The notes below the pieces were generated by a model. It was not told the origin of the DNA. It ran no database searches and saw only the letters and a program-made list of their open reading frames with translations. This document shows positions 54,189-64,000 of a DNA stretch of 64,000 bases, piece by piece. Source of the DNA: Alphaproteobacteria bacterium (lineage in GTDB: Bacteria; Pseudomonadota; Alphaproteobacteria; SP197); the NCBI GenBank assembly GCA_965228895.1, contig OZ245842.1, forward strand, positions 2,112,001-2,176,000, in the 5' to 3' direction. Both the position numbers and the translations under genes were made by a program. Positions within the stretch are counted from its first letter, which is position 1. Each line of letters begins with the position of its first letter.

Positions 54189-54743
54189 ATGGCCATGAAG
54201 CTCTCGACACTGCTTTCCCGTTCCCGGTTCGATGACCGGGCCCATGATCTCTATGACGCGATCGTCGCCCAGGCGCGCGAACCGGCGTTCTATCTGTCGG
54301 CCGGGGTGCCCGACAGCGTCGATGGGCGCTTCGACATGATCGTGATGCACACGGTGCTGGTCGGCCGCCGGTTGCGCGACTGCGGCGAGGCAGGCCGCAG
54401 CCTGGATCAGGCCCTGTTCGACCTCATGTTCGCCGACATGGACCGCTCGTTGCGGGAAATGGGTGTCGGCGATTTGAAAGTGGGCCGGCGGATCAAAGTC
54501 ATGCTCAAGGCATTCTATGGCCGCGCCAAGGCCTATGACGACGCCCTTAACGGCTCGTCCGCCGGAGATGACACGGCGATGGAAGACGCGGTCCGGCGCA
54601 ATCTGTTTGGTACCGTTGAGCCAACCGACACGGCTGTTGCGGCAATGACGGCGTACATCTTTGCTGTCGTTGATGCGCTCGATGAACAGGCGGATGACGC
54701 GCTTTTGGCCGGCAAGGTCACGTTTCCGGCGTTCAGCGCCTGA
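54189..54743 (+). CDS. Ubiquinol-cytochrome c chaperone (Cbp3 family)
   Basis: GVPDSVDGRFDM, DMDRSLREMGVGDL, AFYGRAKAY. Confidence 0.9.
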   Translation: MAMKLSTLLSRSRFDDRAHDLYDAIVAQAREPAFYLSAGVPDSVDGRFDMIVMHTVLVGRRLRDCGEAGRSLDQALFDLMFADMDRSLREMGVGDLKVGRRIKVMLKAFYGRAKAYDDALNGSSAGDDTAMEDAVRRNLFGTVEPTDTAVAAMTAYIFAVVDALDEQADDALLAGKVTFPAFSA

Positions 54744-54814
54744 GGTCGTCGACGCGCTTGCCGAGCGCGGGCGGCCAAGCCATAAAAGCTCATCCTGACA
54801 CGGGAGTATGAGAC

Positions 54815-55369
54815 ATGACGGAGTTGTCCGCTCTCGGAGCGCAACCGGAGTTCAGTTGCCCCCTCGACGTTGCCGACCTTGAAGACGGCGACGAGGGCAC
54901 GCGACACCTGGTTGCCGATGCCGATCAGCGCGCGGCGTTATGCAAACGCTTCGACTTGCTGTCGCTCGATCGCCTGGAGGCGGATCTGCGATATCGCCGG
55001 GATGGCCGGATCGTCGAGATTTCCGGGCGGCTGCGTGGCGAGCTCACCCAGACCTGCGTCGTCACCCTGGAACCGCTGGCCGACCGTGTCGACGAAGAGT
55101 TTGTTCGCCAGTTTGATCCGGACATGGTGGTCGCCGAGGACGACGAACTCGATTTGACGGTCGATGATCTGCTCGACGAGACCGTTTGTGACCCGCTTGT
55201 CGGTGACACCGTCGACTTGGGAGAGGTTGTCGCTGAACAGTTCGGGCTGGCGATCGATCCCTACCCGCGCAAGGACGGCGCACAGATCGACCCGCGTTAT
55301 GCCGCGAAGGCGCCGGAGGACGACGACGACGCGAACCCGTTTGCCGTGTTGAAGAAGCTGAAGCTTTGA
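54815..55369 (+). CDS. yceD: DUF177/YceD family protein
   Basis: QTCVVTLEP, DLGEVVAE, LAIDPYPRK, NPFAVLKKLK; directly upstream of rpmF. Confidence 0.9.
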   Translation: MTELSALGAQPEFSCPLDVADLEDGDEGTRHLVADADQRAALCKRFDLLSLDRLEADLRYRRDGRIVEISGRLRGELTQTCVVTLEPLADRVDEEFVRQFDPDMVVAEDDELDLTVDDLLDETVCDPLVGDTVDLGEVVAEQFGLAIDPYPRKDGAQIDPRYAAKAPEDDDDANPFAVLKKLKL

Positions 55370-55448
55370 GTTTCGTGTCGCTTGTACCCGCTTCCAAAGA
55401 CTGCTAAACGGGCCTCTAAATCTCCAGTCAAGTTAAGGATTTCGTGAG

Positions 55449-55634
55449 ATGGCGGTACCTAAGAAAAAGGTCACCCGTTCCCGCCGGGACAAACGTCGTT
55501 CGCATCACGCCCTGACCGCGGCGGCGTTGAACGAATGCCCGAATTGCGGCGAAACGAAACTCCCGCATCACGTGTGTGCGGCGTGCGGCTATTACAACGA
55601 CCGGGAAATCACGGAGCCGGTGGGCAGCTTCTGA
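55449..55634 (+). CDS. rpmF: 50S ribosomal protein L32
   Basis: [32 protein letters not shown]. Confidence 0.97.
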   Translation: MAVPKKKVTRSRRDKRRSHHALTAAALNECPNCGETKLPHHVCAACGYYNDREITEPVGSF

Positions 55635-55674
55635 CCGTGCGGCTTTGTCGATTGGCAACGCGGAGCTGACAATC

Positions 55675-56724
55675 ATGAGCGGCTCGCTGGTTCTGGCGCT
55701 TGACGCCATGGGTGGCGATAACGCCCCGGACATGGTGGTGGCGGGCGCCAATGTGGCGCGTGTGCGCTATCCGGACCTGCAGTTCCGGCTTTTTGGTAAC
55801 TCCGAGAAGCTGGAAAAGCTGCTGCGGCGCTTCCCAAAGCTATCCCAGGTGGCGACGGTGATCGCCAGCGAGACGGTGATTGATGCGGCGGAGAAGCCCT
55901 CGCAGGCGCTCCGGCACGGCCGTCAGTCGAGCATGCGCCTGGCCATTGATGATGTGTCGGAAGGCACGGCGCGTGGCGTCGTTTCGGCCGGCAACACCGG
56001 TGCCCTGATGGCCATGTCAAAGATCGTGCTGCGGACCTTGCCGGGTATCCACAGGCCTGCGATCGCCACCATGTTCCCGACGACGCGCGGCGAGTCCGTG
56101 ATGCTGGATCTGGGCGCCAACATTGAGTGTGACGCCGACAATCTGGTCCAGTTCGCCGTTATGGGGGCGGCTTTTGCCCGCAGCGTCCAGGGTGTCCGGC
56201 GTCCAACCGTTGGCCTGCTGAACGTGGGCAGCGAGGAAAGCAAGGGTCACGAGGAAATCAAGCGGGCCGCGCAAACCCTGCGCGAGGCCGATCTTCCCTT
56301 GGAATTTCACGGGTTTGTCGAGGGCAACGACATCGCCGACGGTACCGTCGACGTGGTCGTGACCGATGGGTTCACGGGCAATATCGCGCTGAAGACGGCC
56401 GAAGGCACGGCCAGCATGTACTCAAGCTTCCTGCGCGCCACGTTCCGCCGTTCGGTCTTCTCCAAACTGGGCTACTGGATGGCCAAACCCGCGCTTTTGG
56501 CGCTGAAACGGCGGTTTGACCCCCGGCGCTACAACGGCGGCATGTTCCTTGGCGTCAACGGCATTGCCGTTAAGAGTCACGGCGGGACTGATGCGCTCGG
56601 TTACGCCAACGCCATCGGGTTTGCCGTCGACATGATGACCCAGGGTTTCAACGAAAAGGTAATCCGCGACCTCGAGAGCCTCGATCAGGGGGCGAAGGAC
56701 GCCGCCGAGGCCGCTGCGCAGTGA
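55675..56724 (+). CDS. plsX: Phosphate acyltransferase
   Basis: [39 protein letters not shown]. Confidence 0.97.
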   Translation: MSGSLVLALDAMGGDNAPDMVVAGANVARVRYPDLQFRLFGNSEKLEKLLRRFPKLSQVATVIASETVIDAAEKPSQALRHGRQSSMRLAIDDVSEGTARGVVSAGNTGALMAMSKIVLRTLPGIHRPAIATMFPTTRGESVMLDLGANIECDADNLVQFAVMGAAFARSVQGVRRPTVGLLNVGSEESKGHEEIKRAAQTLREADLPLEFHGFVEGNDIADGTVDVVVTDGFTGNIALKTAEGTASMYSSFLRATFRRSVFSKLGYWMAKPALLALKRRFDPRRYNGGMFLGVNGIAVKSHGGTDALGYANAIGFAVDMMTQGFNEKVIRDLESLDQGAKDAAEAAAQ

Positions 56725-57701
56725 GTGGTGTTCGGCGCAGCCAGATTGCTGGCTGCGGGTCCTATTTGCCGGCGCGCTGCCTGACCAACGCCGAGCTCGC
56801 CAAGCAGGTCGACACGTCCGACGAATGGATCGTCGCGCGAACCGGCATCCGCCAGCGCCATATTGCCGCTGATGGTGAGTTCACCTCCGATCTCGCGACC
56901 AAGGCGGCTCAGCAAGCGCTAGCCAACAGCGGCATCGCCATTGAGGACGTCGATCTGATCGTCCTGGCCACGGCGACGCCCGACCAAACGTTTCCCGCAA
57001 CGGCGGCACAGGTTCAGAAGAAGCTTGGCATGCATCATGGTGCGGCCTTTGATGTCCAGGCTGTCTGCACGGGCTTTGTCTACGCCTTGTCCGTCGCCGA
57101 CAACTTCGTCAAGGCCGGGCAAGCCGATTGCGCGCTTGTGATTGGCGCCGAGACCTTCTCGCGGATCCTGGACTGGGAGGATCGCGGCACCTGCGTGCTG
57201 TTCGGCGACGGTGCCGGTGCGGTCATCCTGCGTGCCGGCGACGGGGATGGCAGCAACAAGGACCGGGGCGTCCTGTCGACCCACTTGCACAGCGATGGAC
57301 GCTACCACGACATGCTTTATGTGGATGGTGGCCCGTCGACCACCGGCTTGGCCGGTCACTTGCGCATGGAGGGTCGAGAGGTCTTCAAGCATGCAGTCAT
57401 CAACTTAGCGGAGGCTGTTGATGAGGCGCTTGAACAAAACGGAGTAAGTCCAGAAAATATAGACTGGTTTGTGCCTCATCAAGCCAACAAGCGCATTATC
57501 GATGCGATGGCGCGTAAGCTGTCCTTGGACGAATCGCGAGTCGTTAACACGATCGATCGACACGCCAACACGTCCGCCGCGTCCATCCCATTGGCGCTGG
57601 CTGAGGCCGCCGGCGACGGCCGAATCAAGCCGGGCGACTTGGTCTTGATAGAGGCCATGGGTGGCGGTTTTACTTGGGGTTCGGGCCTTATCCGCTGGTA
57701 A
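56721..57701 (+). CDS. fabH: Beta-ketoacyl-ACP synthase III
   Basis: AVCTGF (Cys), [13 protein letters not shown] (His), ANTSAASIP (Asn). Confidence 0.97.
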   Translation: MSGVRRSQIAGCGSYLPARCLTNAELAKQVDTSDEWIVARTGIRQRHIAADGEFTSDLATKAAQQALANSGIAIEDVDLIVLATATPDQTFPATAAQVQKKLGMHHGAAFDVQAVCTGFVYALSVADNFVKAGQADCALVIGAETFSRILDWEDRGTCVLFGDGAGAVILRAGDGDGSNKDRGVLSTHLHSDGRYHDMLYVDGGPSTTGLAGHLRMEGREVFKHAVINLAEAVDEALEQNGVSPENIDWFVPHQANKRIIDAMARKLSLDESRVVNTIDRHANTSAASIPLALAEAAGDGRIKPGDLVLIEAMGGGFTWGSGLIRW

Positions 57702-57746
57702 GGGGCCGACTGGGCGAGCGTCCAGTCTTTGTTAAGATATCCCAGC

Positions 57747-57788
57747 CAACTCTTTGATATTGACGGTTTTTCGCTTCAAAGCTAGCCT
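57747..57788 (+). promoter_or_regulatory. Putative sigma70 promoter of ihfA with abutting IHF site
   Basis: TTGACG(57760)-N17-TAGCCT(57783); TATCAAAGAGTTG on the - strand at 57747-57759 matches WATCAAN4TTR exactly. Confidence 0.65.
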
Positions 57789-57819
57789 TCCTTGTTAAGA
57801 ACAAGGGGGACATGCCGGA

Positions 57820-58134
57820 ATGGTCGAGAAAACCATGACTCGGGCGGATTTAACCGAAGCGGTCTACCATGAGGTCGGCCTGTCGCGCAGCGAGTCGGCG
57901 GAATTGGTCGAATCAGTGTTGGGCGAGATCTCTGAATCGCTGATCGATGGCGAAACGGTGAAGATCTCGTCGTTCGGAAGCTTTTCGATCCGCGACAAGG
58001 CGCAGCGTGTCGGGCGCAATCTTAAGACGGGCGAGGCGGTGCCGATCCTGCCGCGGCGTGTGCTGGTGTTCCGCGCGTCTCACGTCTTGAAAGATCGCAT
58101 CAACGACGAACTCACAAGGCACGACGGGGCCTGA
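57820..58134 (+). CDS. ihfA: Integration host factor alpha
   Basis: [32 protein letters not shown]. Confidence 0.95.
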   Translation: MVEKTMTRADLTEAVYHEVGLSRSESAELVESVLGEISESLIDGETVKISSFGSFSIRDKAQRVGRNLKTGEAVPILPRRVLVFRASHVLKDRINDELTRHDGA

Positions 58135-58613
58135 TGGCGATGGCGGCGGACGCCAACAGCGGCGCTGGCGCCGCGGGACGGCGGGGCGGAAAGTCGAAGG
58201 CGGCGTTCCGCACGATCAGCGAGGTCGCGGACGAACTCGACGTCGCCCAGCATGTCCTGCGCTTCTGGGAGACCAAGTTCCATCAGATCCGCCCGCTTAA
58301 GCGTGGCGGCGGGCGGCGCTACTACCGGCCCGAGGACATCGATCTTCTAAGGAACATCAAGCATCTGCTCTACACCGAGGGCTACACCATCAAGGGTGTC
58401 CAGCGTTTGCTGCGCCAGGGCGGCGTCGCGGCGCTTCAGCACGCCATCGATGGGGCGGCCGCAGAGGCGCCGCCTGCAGCTTCCGCACCTCCAGCCCGCG
58501 CCGGCGCCCAGGACGGCGGGTCGGTGACGCTGTCGGCGGCCCAGGTCCGGGCTCTCCAGTCGCTTCTCGATCAGTTGATTGCCTGTCGCGATTTGCTCAA
58601 GGGCGCTTCCTGA
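58134..58613 (+). CDS. MerR family transcriptional regulator
   Basis: [31 protein letters not shown]; conserved after ihfA. Confidence 0.92.
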   Translation: MAMAADANSGAGAAGRRGGKSKAAFRTISEVADELDVAQHVLRFWETKFHQIRPLKRGGGRRYYRPEDIDLLRNIKHLLYTEGYTIKGVQRLLRQGGVAALQHAIDGAAAEAPPAASAPPARAGAQDGGSVTLSAAQVRALQSLLDQLIACRDLLKGAS

Positions 58614-58758
58614 TACACCAGTCGTGAGCGGCTTCGGGCGGTCGCGCACGCTTCGCCCTGTTCTCCCCAGACACCGGCTGCACGGGCGTTGCGGCGCCAC
58701 AGTGCGTTGACTATAGTGCCGCCGCTTTGCGCGGTTGCGTTTGGCAAACCATGTCGGT

Positions 58759-58835
58759 CGGAGCGTGGCGCAGCCTGGTAGCGCAACGGTCTGGGGGACC
58801 GTAGGTCGCAGGTTCAAATCCTGCCGCTCCGACCA
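58759..58835 (+). tRNA. tRNA-Pro(GGG)
   Basis: CGGAGCG/CGCTCCG acceptor stem, ACGGT-CTGGGGG-ACCGT anticodon arm, GTTCAAATC T-loop, encoded CCA. Confidence 0.96.
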
Positions 58836-59064
58836 TTTTCTTTTAATTTCAATATTGTATCACGCACACCTAATGTGACATCATAGAAATGTCAGGGACG
58901 CCGCTAAAAGACCTATCAAAGGTGGTGTGCATCCCCAGGGAGGCAAGATAATTGACCGACACAGCCGATGCCGGCCACTTGGCATCGCAATGTGATCGCG
59001 TCACGATCGCGTATGACTGGGGCGTTGGATGCAGCGCGCTGATGTGTAAGGGGATCTGATCGAC

Positions 59065-59766
59065 ATGCAGGCAGCGGACGCGGGCGACCTCTCGGAAAGC
59101 AGAATCTTGGCGGGGTTACCGCAAGCCGAGATGGGAAAGCTGCAGGAAAACGCTAAGTGGTTCACGTATGACGACGGCGAGCAGTTTTTTCGCCAGGGTG
59201 ATAACGGCACCGAGATGATTTTTCTGGCCGAGGGCAGGGCGCGGGTGCTGATCCACGCGGCTTCCGGCCAGGATGTCGCTTTTGCCGATATTGGTCCCGG
59301 TGGCCATTTCGGCGAGCTGTCGACGCTTGATGGCGGTAGCCGGTCGGCCAGTGTCTTGGCCATCCAGGACTCGTTTGTCGCCGTCGTCGAGCGCGACGTC
59401 ATCCTGCGGGCCATGGCGGCATTTCCGCCGTTTGCGCTGAATTTGCTGCAAGATTGCGCCAGGATCCTGCGCCGCTCCAACGAGCGTGTCGTTGGCTTGA
59501 GTACGAAATCCGGTATCCAGCGCGTTTACGACGAAATCCTGCGCTTGATCGAACCGTCGCCGACCGGCGATGGCCGGTGGCTGATCCCGACGGTGCCGGC
59601 GCATAAAGACATCGCCATTTGGTCCGGCACCACCACCGACACCGTGGCGCGCGCGATCGGCCAGTTGACGAGCCTGGGCATCGTCAAGCGCCGCAACCGA
59701 ACGCTCTTGATCCTTGACCGCCGCCATATTGAAAAGTTGGCCAATACGGGTATCGAAGAACTCTAA
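59065..59766 (+). CDS. Crp/Fnr family regulator
   Basis: cNMP-binding FGELS...RSASV and C-terminal HTH (HKDIAIWSGTTTDTVARAI). Confidence 0.9.
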   Translation: MQAADAGDLSESRILAGLPQAEMGKLQENAKWFTYDDGEQFFRQGDNGTEMIFLAEGRARVLIHAASGQDVAFADIGPGGHFGELSTLDGGSRSASVLAIQDSFVAVVERDVILRAMAAFPPFALNLLQDCARILRRSNERVVGLSTKSGIQRVYDEILRLIEPSPTGDGRWLIPTVPAHKDIAIWSGTTTDTVARAIGQLTSLGIVKRRNRTLLILDRRHIEKLANTGIEEL

Positions 59767-59846
59767 CGCGGCGGCAACACCCAGCGCCTATGACGGTATG
59801 GCGCGGCGGGGCGAGGCCTCGCAAACAGGAAAAGCGGATAACGCCC

Positions 59847-60563
59847 GTGGCCACGTTACGAACGGTCGACAAGGATTTCGGTGACTGCACGGCGCTCGAT
59901 GCGCTCGATGCCCTGATCAATCCGGCGGGGCTCGATCTTGTCGACATTGGTTGCGGCGCAGGTGATCTGGCGCGTCATTTGGCCCAGCGCGGCGCGCGGG
60001 TCACCGCCGTCGAGCCCGATCCAGGGCAGGCCCGCGTGAACGCCGGCATGACCCCCGTGCCCTCACTTGAGTTTGTCGAGGCGGGCGCCGAAGCACTGCC
60101 CTTGGCGGACAAGGCGGCCGATGGTGTCTTCTTCAGCAAGTCTTTGCACCACGTGCCGTCAGCGCACATGGCCGAAGCGATCGGCGAGGCCATTCGGGTG
60201 CTTCGCAACGACGGCTTCCTTTATGTTCTGGAACCCGACATTGAGGGCGCTTTTTCCCAGTTGATGCTGCCGTTTCATGACGAAACGGATGCGCGCCGCC
60301 AAGCGCTGGCTTGCCTCGCAGAGCATGCCGAGCCGGCCTTCGCCACCACCACGGTTGCTGCGTTTGCCGTTGAACGGCGCTATGCGGACTTCGACGCCTT
60401 TGCCGACGCTGTCCTGTCACTGACCTACAACGCATACCGCCGCGAGGATGTTGAGGCGCCGGCTGTGCGCGCATGCTTCGAGGCGGGCTGGGACGGTTCA
60501 GGCTTTGGGTTTCGCCAAACCCTGACGATCTACCTTTTTCGCGACAAGACAGGCCATGGCTGA
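59847..60563 (+). CDS. Class I SAM-dependent methyltransferase
   Basis: VDIGCGAG, AEALPLAD, SLHHV; start uncertain. Confidence 0.85.
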   Translation: MATLRTVDKDFGDCTALDALDALINPAGLDLVDIGCGAGDLARHLAQRGARVTAVEPDPGQARVNAGMTPVPSLEFVEAGAEALPLADKAADGVFFSKSLHHVPSAHMAEAIGEAIRVLRNDGFLYVLEPDIEGAFSQLMLPFHDETDARRQALACLAEHAEPAFATTTVAAFAVERRYADFDAFADAVLSLTYNAYRREDVEAPAVRACFEAGWDGSGFGFRQTLTIYLFRDKTGHG

Positions 60564-62049
60564 AGCGACGTTCGCGCCCGACCATCCCTCACGGCTGCTG
60601 GCGGTGAGTCAGATGTACGATGCCGACAGCGCGGCGATCGCGGCGGGAACGCCGGGCGAGACACTTATGGCCAACGCCGGCGCGGCGATCGCAGCAGCCG
60701 TTGAAGCCCGGTTCAAACCTTGCCGTGCTCTCGTCCTTTGCGGGCCCGGCAACAATGGTGGCGATGGATTTGTCGTTGCCCGCCTGCTCAGCGATGCCGG
60801 CTGGCCGGTCGAGCTCGCGTTGCTGGGCAAGGTCGATAACCTCAAAGGCGACGCCGCCCTGATGGCGGCACGCTGGCAAGGCGACGTCGGTGACGCGCAA
60901 CCCGCTTGCGTCGAGAACGCGGATCTTGTCGTCGATGCCCTGTTCGGCGCGGGATTGGTGCGCGATCTCGACGGTCGGGCCGCAGCGTTGGTCCAGGCGG
61001 TCGTGGCCCGCGGCGTACCGGTCGTCGCAGTCGACGTGCCAAGCGGTCTGGATGGTGACACCGGCGGGGTACGCGGGATCGCCGCGCCGGCCGTCCTGAC
61101 CGTGACGTTCTGCCGCGCCAAACCGGGACATCTGCTGTTGCCCGGGCGTGAGCTGTGCGGCGAGGTGGTGGTCGCGGATATCGGGATAGGTGACGACGTG
61201 GTCGCCGCCATCGGGCCGGCGCTTTGGCGCAACGATCCAAATCTATGGCTGTCACGGTTTCCGTGGCCCGTGCCGACGGGACACAAGTACGCCAGGGGTC
61301 ACACGGTGGTCGCCGGCAGCGATCTTGCGGCGACCGGTGCCTCGCGCCTGGCGGCACGGGCGGCGCTGCGGGTTGGTTCGGGCCTGGTCACCGTTGCCGC
61401 GTCGCCGGCCGCGCTCAGCACCTACGCCGCCCACCTGACGGCGGTTATGCTGCGTCGGGTCGACGACGCCGATGCCTTTGCCGAAATGCTCGCCGATCCC
61501 CGTCTGAACAGCGTTGTGCTGGGGCCGGGGCAAGGTGTGACGGATCGAACCCGTGCATTCGTCGAGGCGGCGCTTGCCGCCGAAAAAAACTGCGTTCTGG
61601 ATGCCGATGCTCTGACCGTCTTTGCCGACGACCCGCAGGCGCTCTTTTCAAGGCTGAACGCCGGCTGTGTTCTGACACCTCATGAGGGTGAATTTGACCG
61701 GATTTTCGACCGGAGCGGGAGTAAACTGGACCGCGCGCGCCGGGCCGCGGAAAAAGCGGGTGCCACAGTTCTGTTGAAAGGTGCCGATACTGTGATCGCC
61801 GCGCCTGACGGCACCGCAATGGTTAACGACAATGCGCCTCCAGATTTGGCGACCGCCGGGTCTGGAGATGTGCTGGCCGGATTGGTCGCCGGTCTGATGG
61901 CGCAAGGCGTTCAGGCTATGGCGGCAGCGGCGATGGCCGCCTGGCTCCACGGCGAAGCCGGCAAGGCGGCGGGGCCGGGCCTGATCGCCGAAGACCTGCC
62001 GGAAGTGTTGCCGCCGATCCTCGCGGCATTGAAGGAGAGCGTTGCGTGA
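60556..62049 (+). CDS. nnr: Bifunctional NAD(P)HX epimerase/dehydratase
   Basis: CGPGNNGGDG, VDALFGAG, DVPSG, HKYARG, LDADAL, TPHEGEF, LATAGSGDVLAG. Confidence 0.95.
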   Translation: MAEATFAPDHPSRLLAVSQMYDADSAAIAAGTPGETLMANAGAAIAAAVEARFKPCRALVLCGPGNNGGDGFVVARLLSDAGWPVELALLGKVDNLKGDAALMAARWQGDVGDAQPACVENADLVVDALFGAGLVRDLDGRAAALVQAVVARGVPVVAVDVPSGLDGDTGGVRGIAAPAVLTVTFCRAKPGHLLLPGRELCGEVVVADIGIGDDVVAAIGPALWRNDPNLWLSRFPWPVPTGHKYARGHTVVAGSDLAATGASRLAARAALRVGSGLVTVAASPAALSTYAAHLTAVMLRRVDDADAFAEMLADPRLNSVVLGPGQGVTDRTRAFVEAALAAEKNCVLDADALTVFADDPQALFSRLNAGCVLTPHEGEFDRIFDRSGSKLDRARRAAEKAGATVLLKGADTVIAAPDGTAMVNDNAPPDLATAGSGDVLAGLVAGLMAQGVQAMAAAAMAAWLHGEAGKAAGPGLIAEDLPEVLPPILAALKESVA

Positions 62050-63494
62050 GCGACGAGCGAGACAACATCTGGGACCGCGCACTGAAGCAGCTGTCGACGA
62101 CGTGGCAGGACGTCGCCGACGCCGCCATGGTGCGCATCGGCGGGCGCATCCGTGTCGATCTGCCCGATGACGATCTCGACAAGCTGCGCAACCAGGTTGC
62201 CGAATGTGTCGCCGGACTGGGCGGTGAGGTCCTTGCCAGGGGCAGGGCGGCCTCGATCGGTGGCAGCTATCTGTCGCTGGCACCGACCGGCAAGCGCCGG
62301 TTCCTGGCAATGCTGGCGAACGACTTCGAGATCGACATGGCCGAGGTCGAGACCGAGGCCCAGGCGATGATCAAGGTCCAAGACCCGGAAGCCAAGCGCG
62401 CACTGGCTGGGTCGTTGCGCGATGCGTTGGAGCCGCCCCGCATGCGGCTCTTCACCCAGTTCAACGGCCTGCAGGACGGCGTCAAGTTCCTTGTCGACAT
62501 GCGCGCCGATGCCATGTCGTGGTCGCGCGAAGAACCGGTGCTGGTGCGCATCAGCAACGACCTGCGCCGCCTGCTGACCGGCTGGTTCGATATCGGCTTT
62601 CTCGAGCTCAAACGCATCACCTGGTCGTCGCCGGCATCGCTGCTGGAGAAACTGATCGTCTATGAGGCCGTCCACCGGATCGCCTCGTGGCAGGACCTTA
62701 AGAACCGGCTGGGGTCTGATCGTCGCCTGTTTGCGTTCTTCCATCCGCGTATGCCGGACGAGCCGTTGATCTTCGTTGAGGTCGCGCTGGTCAACGGCAT
62801 GGCCAGCCAGGTGCAGACGCTGCTTGATGCCGAGGCGCCCGAATTGGCGCCGGACCGCGCGGATACCGCGATCTTTTATTCGATCTCCAACACCCAGCGT
62901 GGCCTGGCCGGGATCAGCCTGGGCGACTTTCTGATCAAACAGGTCGTCGAGCTTTTGAGCGCCGAGCTTGGCAACCTGAAGACATTCGCGACGTTATCGC
63001 CGATCCCCGGGTTCCGACGCTGGTTGAGCGGTCGGCTGGCGACCACCGACGAAAAACTGATTAGGGTCGATGAGGGCCGTGCGGGGGCGGATGAGGATCT
63101 GATACGGCCCGACGAACTGAAAAAACTTGGCTATGAAACCCATCAGGCAGCACTTGACGACCTCACCGTCGCCCTGGATGCCGGACCGGGCGAGGCGTTG
63201 GACCGTTTCGCCGACATCCTGCTTCGTTTGACCGCGCGATACCTTGTCATGGAGAAGCGCAACGATCGCCCGCTGGACCCGGTTGCCCGCTTTCACCTGG
63301 CCAACGGCGCCCGCGTCGAGCGGCTGAACTGGGCCGGCGATACATCGCAGAACGGCTACGAGCAATCGGCGGGAATCATGGTCAATTACCTCTATCGTCT
63401 TGAGGACATCCGGGCCAACCACGAGGACTTTGTTGGCGCCGGTACCGTCGCCATCTCGTCGGCGCTGCGCCAGTTGGTTAAGCGGTCCGCTTGA
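62046..63494 (+). CDS. Malonyl-CoA decarboxylase
   Basis: LEKLIVYEAVH, EPLIFVEVAL, FYSISNTQ, TLSPIPGF, DPVARFHLANGA, MVNYLY. Confidence 0.93.
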   Translation: MSDERDNIWDRALKQLSTTWQDVADAAMVRIGGRIRVDLPDDDLDKLRNQVAECVAGLGGEVLARGRAASIGGSYLSLAPTGKRRFLAMLANDFEIDMAEVETEAQAMIKVQDPEAKRALAGSLRDALEPPRMRLFTQFNGLQDGVKFLVDMRADAMSWSREEPVLVRISNDLRRLLTGWFDIGFLELKRITWSSPASLLEKLIVYEAVHRIASWQDLKNRLGSDRRLFAFFHPRMPDEPLIFVEVALVNGMASQVQTLLDAEAPELAPDRADTAIFYSISNTQRGLAGISLGDFLIKQVVELLSAELGNLKTFATLSPIPGFRRWLSGRLATTDEKLIRVDEGRAGADEDLIRPDELKKLGYETHQAALDDLTVALDAGPGEALDRFADILLRLTARYLVMEKRNDRPLDPVARFHLANGARVERLNWAGDTSQNGYEQSAGIMVNYLYRLEDIRANHEDFVGAGTVAISSALRQLVKRSA

Positions 63495-63586
63495 ACCGCG
63501 TGATGTGCCACGCTTGCGGGCGGGCGCAATCACGACTATATGGTCCCGCCCGGGCGGCTATCTGGCCGCGACGGCCGCGAAAGGCT

Positions 63587-63671
63587 GCGGGCGTGGTGGA
63601 ATTGGTAGACACGCCAGACTTAGAATCTGGTGACGAAAGTCGTGGGGGTTCAAGTCCCTCCGCCCGCACCA
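63587..63671 (+). tRNA. tRNA-Leu(TAG)
   Basis: GCGGGCG/CGCCCGC acceptor stem, CCAGA-CTTAGAA-TCTGG anticodon arm, long variable arm, CCA; conserved position before tig. Confidence 0.95.
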
Positions 63672-63744
63672 CGCTGAAGCCCTTTCGCGCCGCGCGATCG
63701 ATCCGTCGCCTGCCGTTAAACCCCGGAATCACGGTGCCCCTATC

Positions 63745-64000
63745 ATGAACGTCACCGAGCAACTCGCCGAAGGTCTGAAGCGCGAGTACAAGGTCACCAT
63801 TGAGGCCGACGACATTGCCGCGCGTATCGACGGCAAGCTCGCCGAGCTCCAGAAAACCGTCAACATGAAAGGGTTTCGCCCTGGAAAGGTGCCGGTCCAG
63901 CTTCTCAAACGCCAGTTCGGCCCTTCGGTGGTCAACGAGGTCATCCAGCAGACCCTGCAGGACAGCTCCGGCCGCGTCATCTCCGATCAGGGCGTGCGCC
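63745..64000 (+). CDS. tig: Trigger factor, 3'-truncated by window edge (absent from ORF track)
   Basis: MNVTEQLAEGLKREYKV...MKGFRPGKVP ribosome-binding signature. Confidence 0.95.
   Translation, partial: MNVTEQLAEGLKREYKVTIEADDIAARIDGKLAELQKTVNMKGFRPGKVPVQLLKRQFGPSVVNEVIQQTLQDSSGRVISDQGVR

Noticed and set aside
58991-59005. CRP box upstream of the Crp/Fnr gene (TGTGA-TCGCG-TCACG)
   Set aside because: Spacer is 5 bp rather than 6, so it does not fit the canonical site
58836-63586. Genomic island integrated at tRNA-Pro
   Set aside because: No integrase and no duplicated tRNA 3' end seen; nnr is normal core content beside tRNA-Leu-tig

Overview
GC-rich alphaproteobacterial chromosome segment (gene order suggests a Rhodospirillales-like lineage; inference). 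Conserved core blocks are rsh-acpS-lepB-rnc-era-recO-parC, livHMGF-livK, rpiB-glyA-nrdR-ribD-ribE-ribH-nusB-thiL-hppA, bamE-cbp3-yceD-rpmF-plsX-fabH-ihfA-merR-tRNA-Pro and nnr-tRNA-Leu-tig. Between them lie transport and amino-acid, amine and sulfur metabolism genes: a TRAP transporter, an SLC13 permease, a second LIV-type ABC system, two PLP decarboxylases, a CoA-transferase/acylase/hutG unit and gcdH. I saw no transposase, integrase, prophage or CRISPR array. The most notable signals are non-coding. (1) Two SAM-II-class riboswitch aptamers in tandem, split by an intrinsic terminator and followed by an anti-SD switch, lie upstream of an OsmC-family gene, metY and hemB. (2) A family of two-hairpin palindromic elements with symmetric 3-nt bulges has two ~90% identical copies plus a diverged third, and two of the three flank parC. 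(3) A 29-bp RNA hairpin lies between era and recO. (4) IHF-consensus motifs recur in short AT-rich patches, several inside coding sequence. All calls come from reading motifs by eye; no database searches were run.
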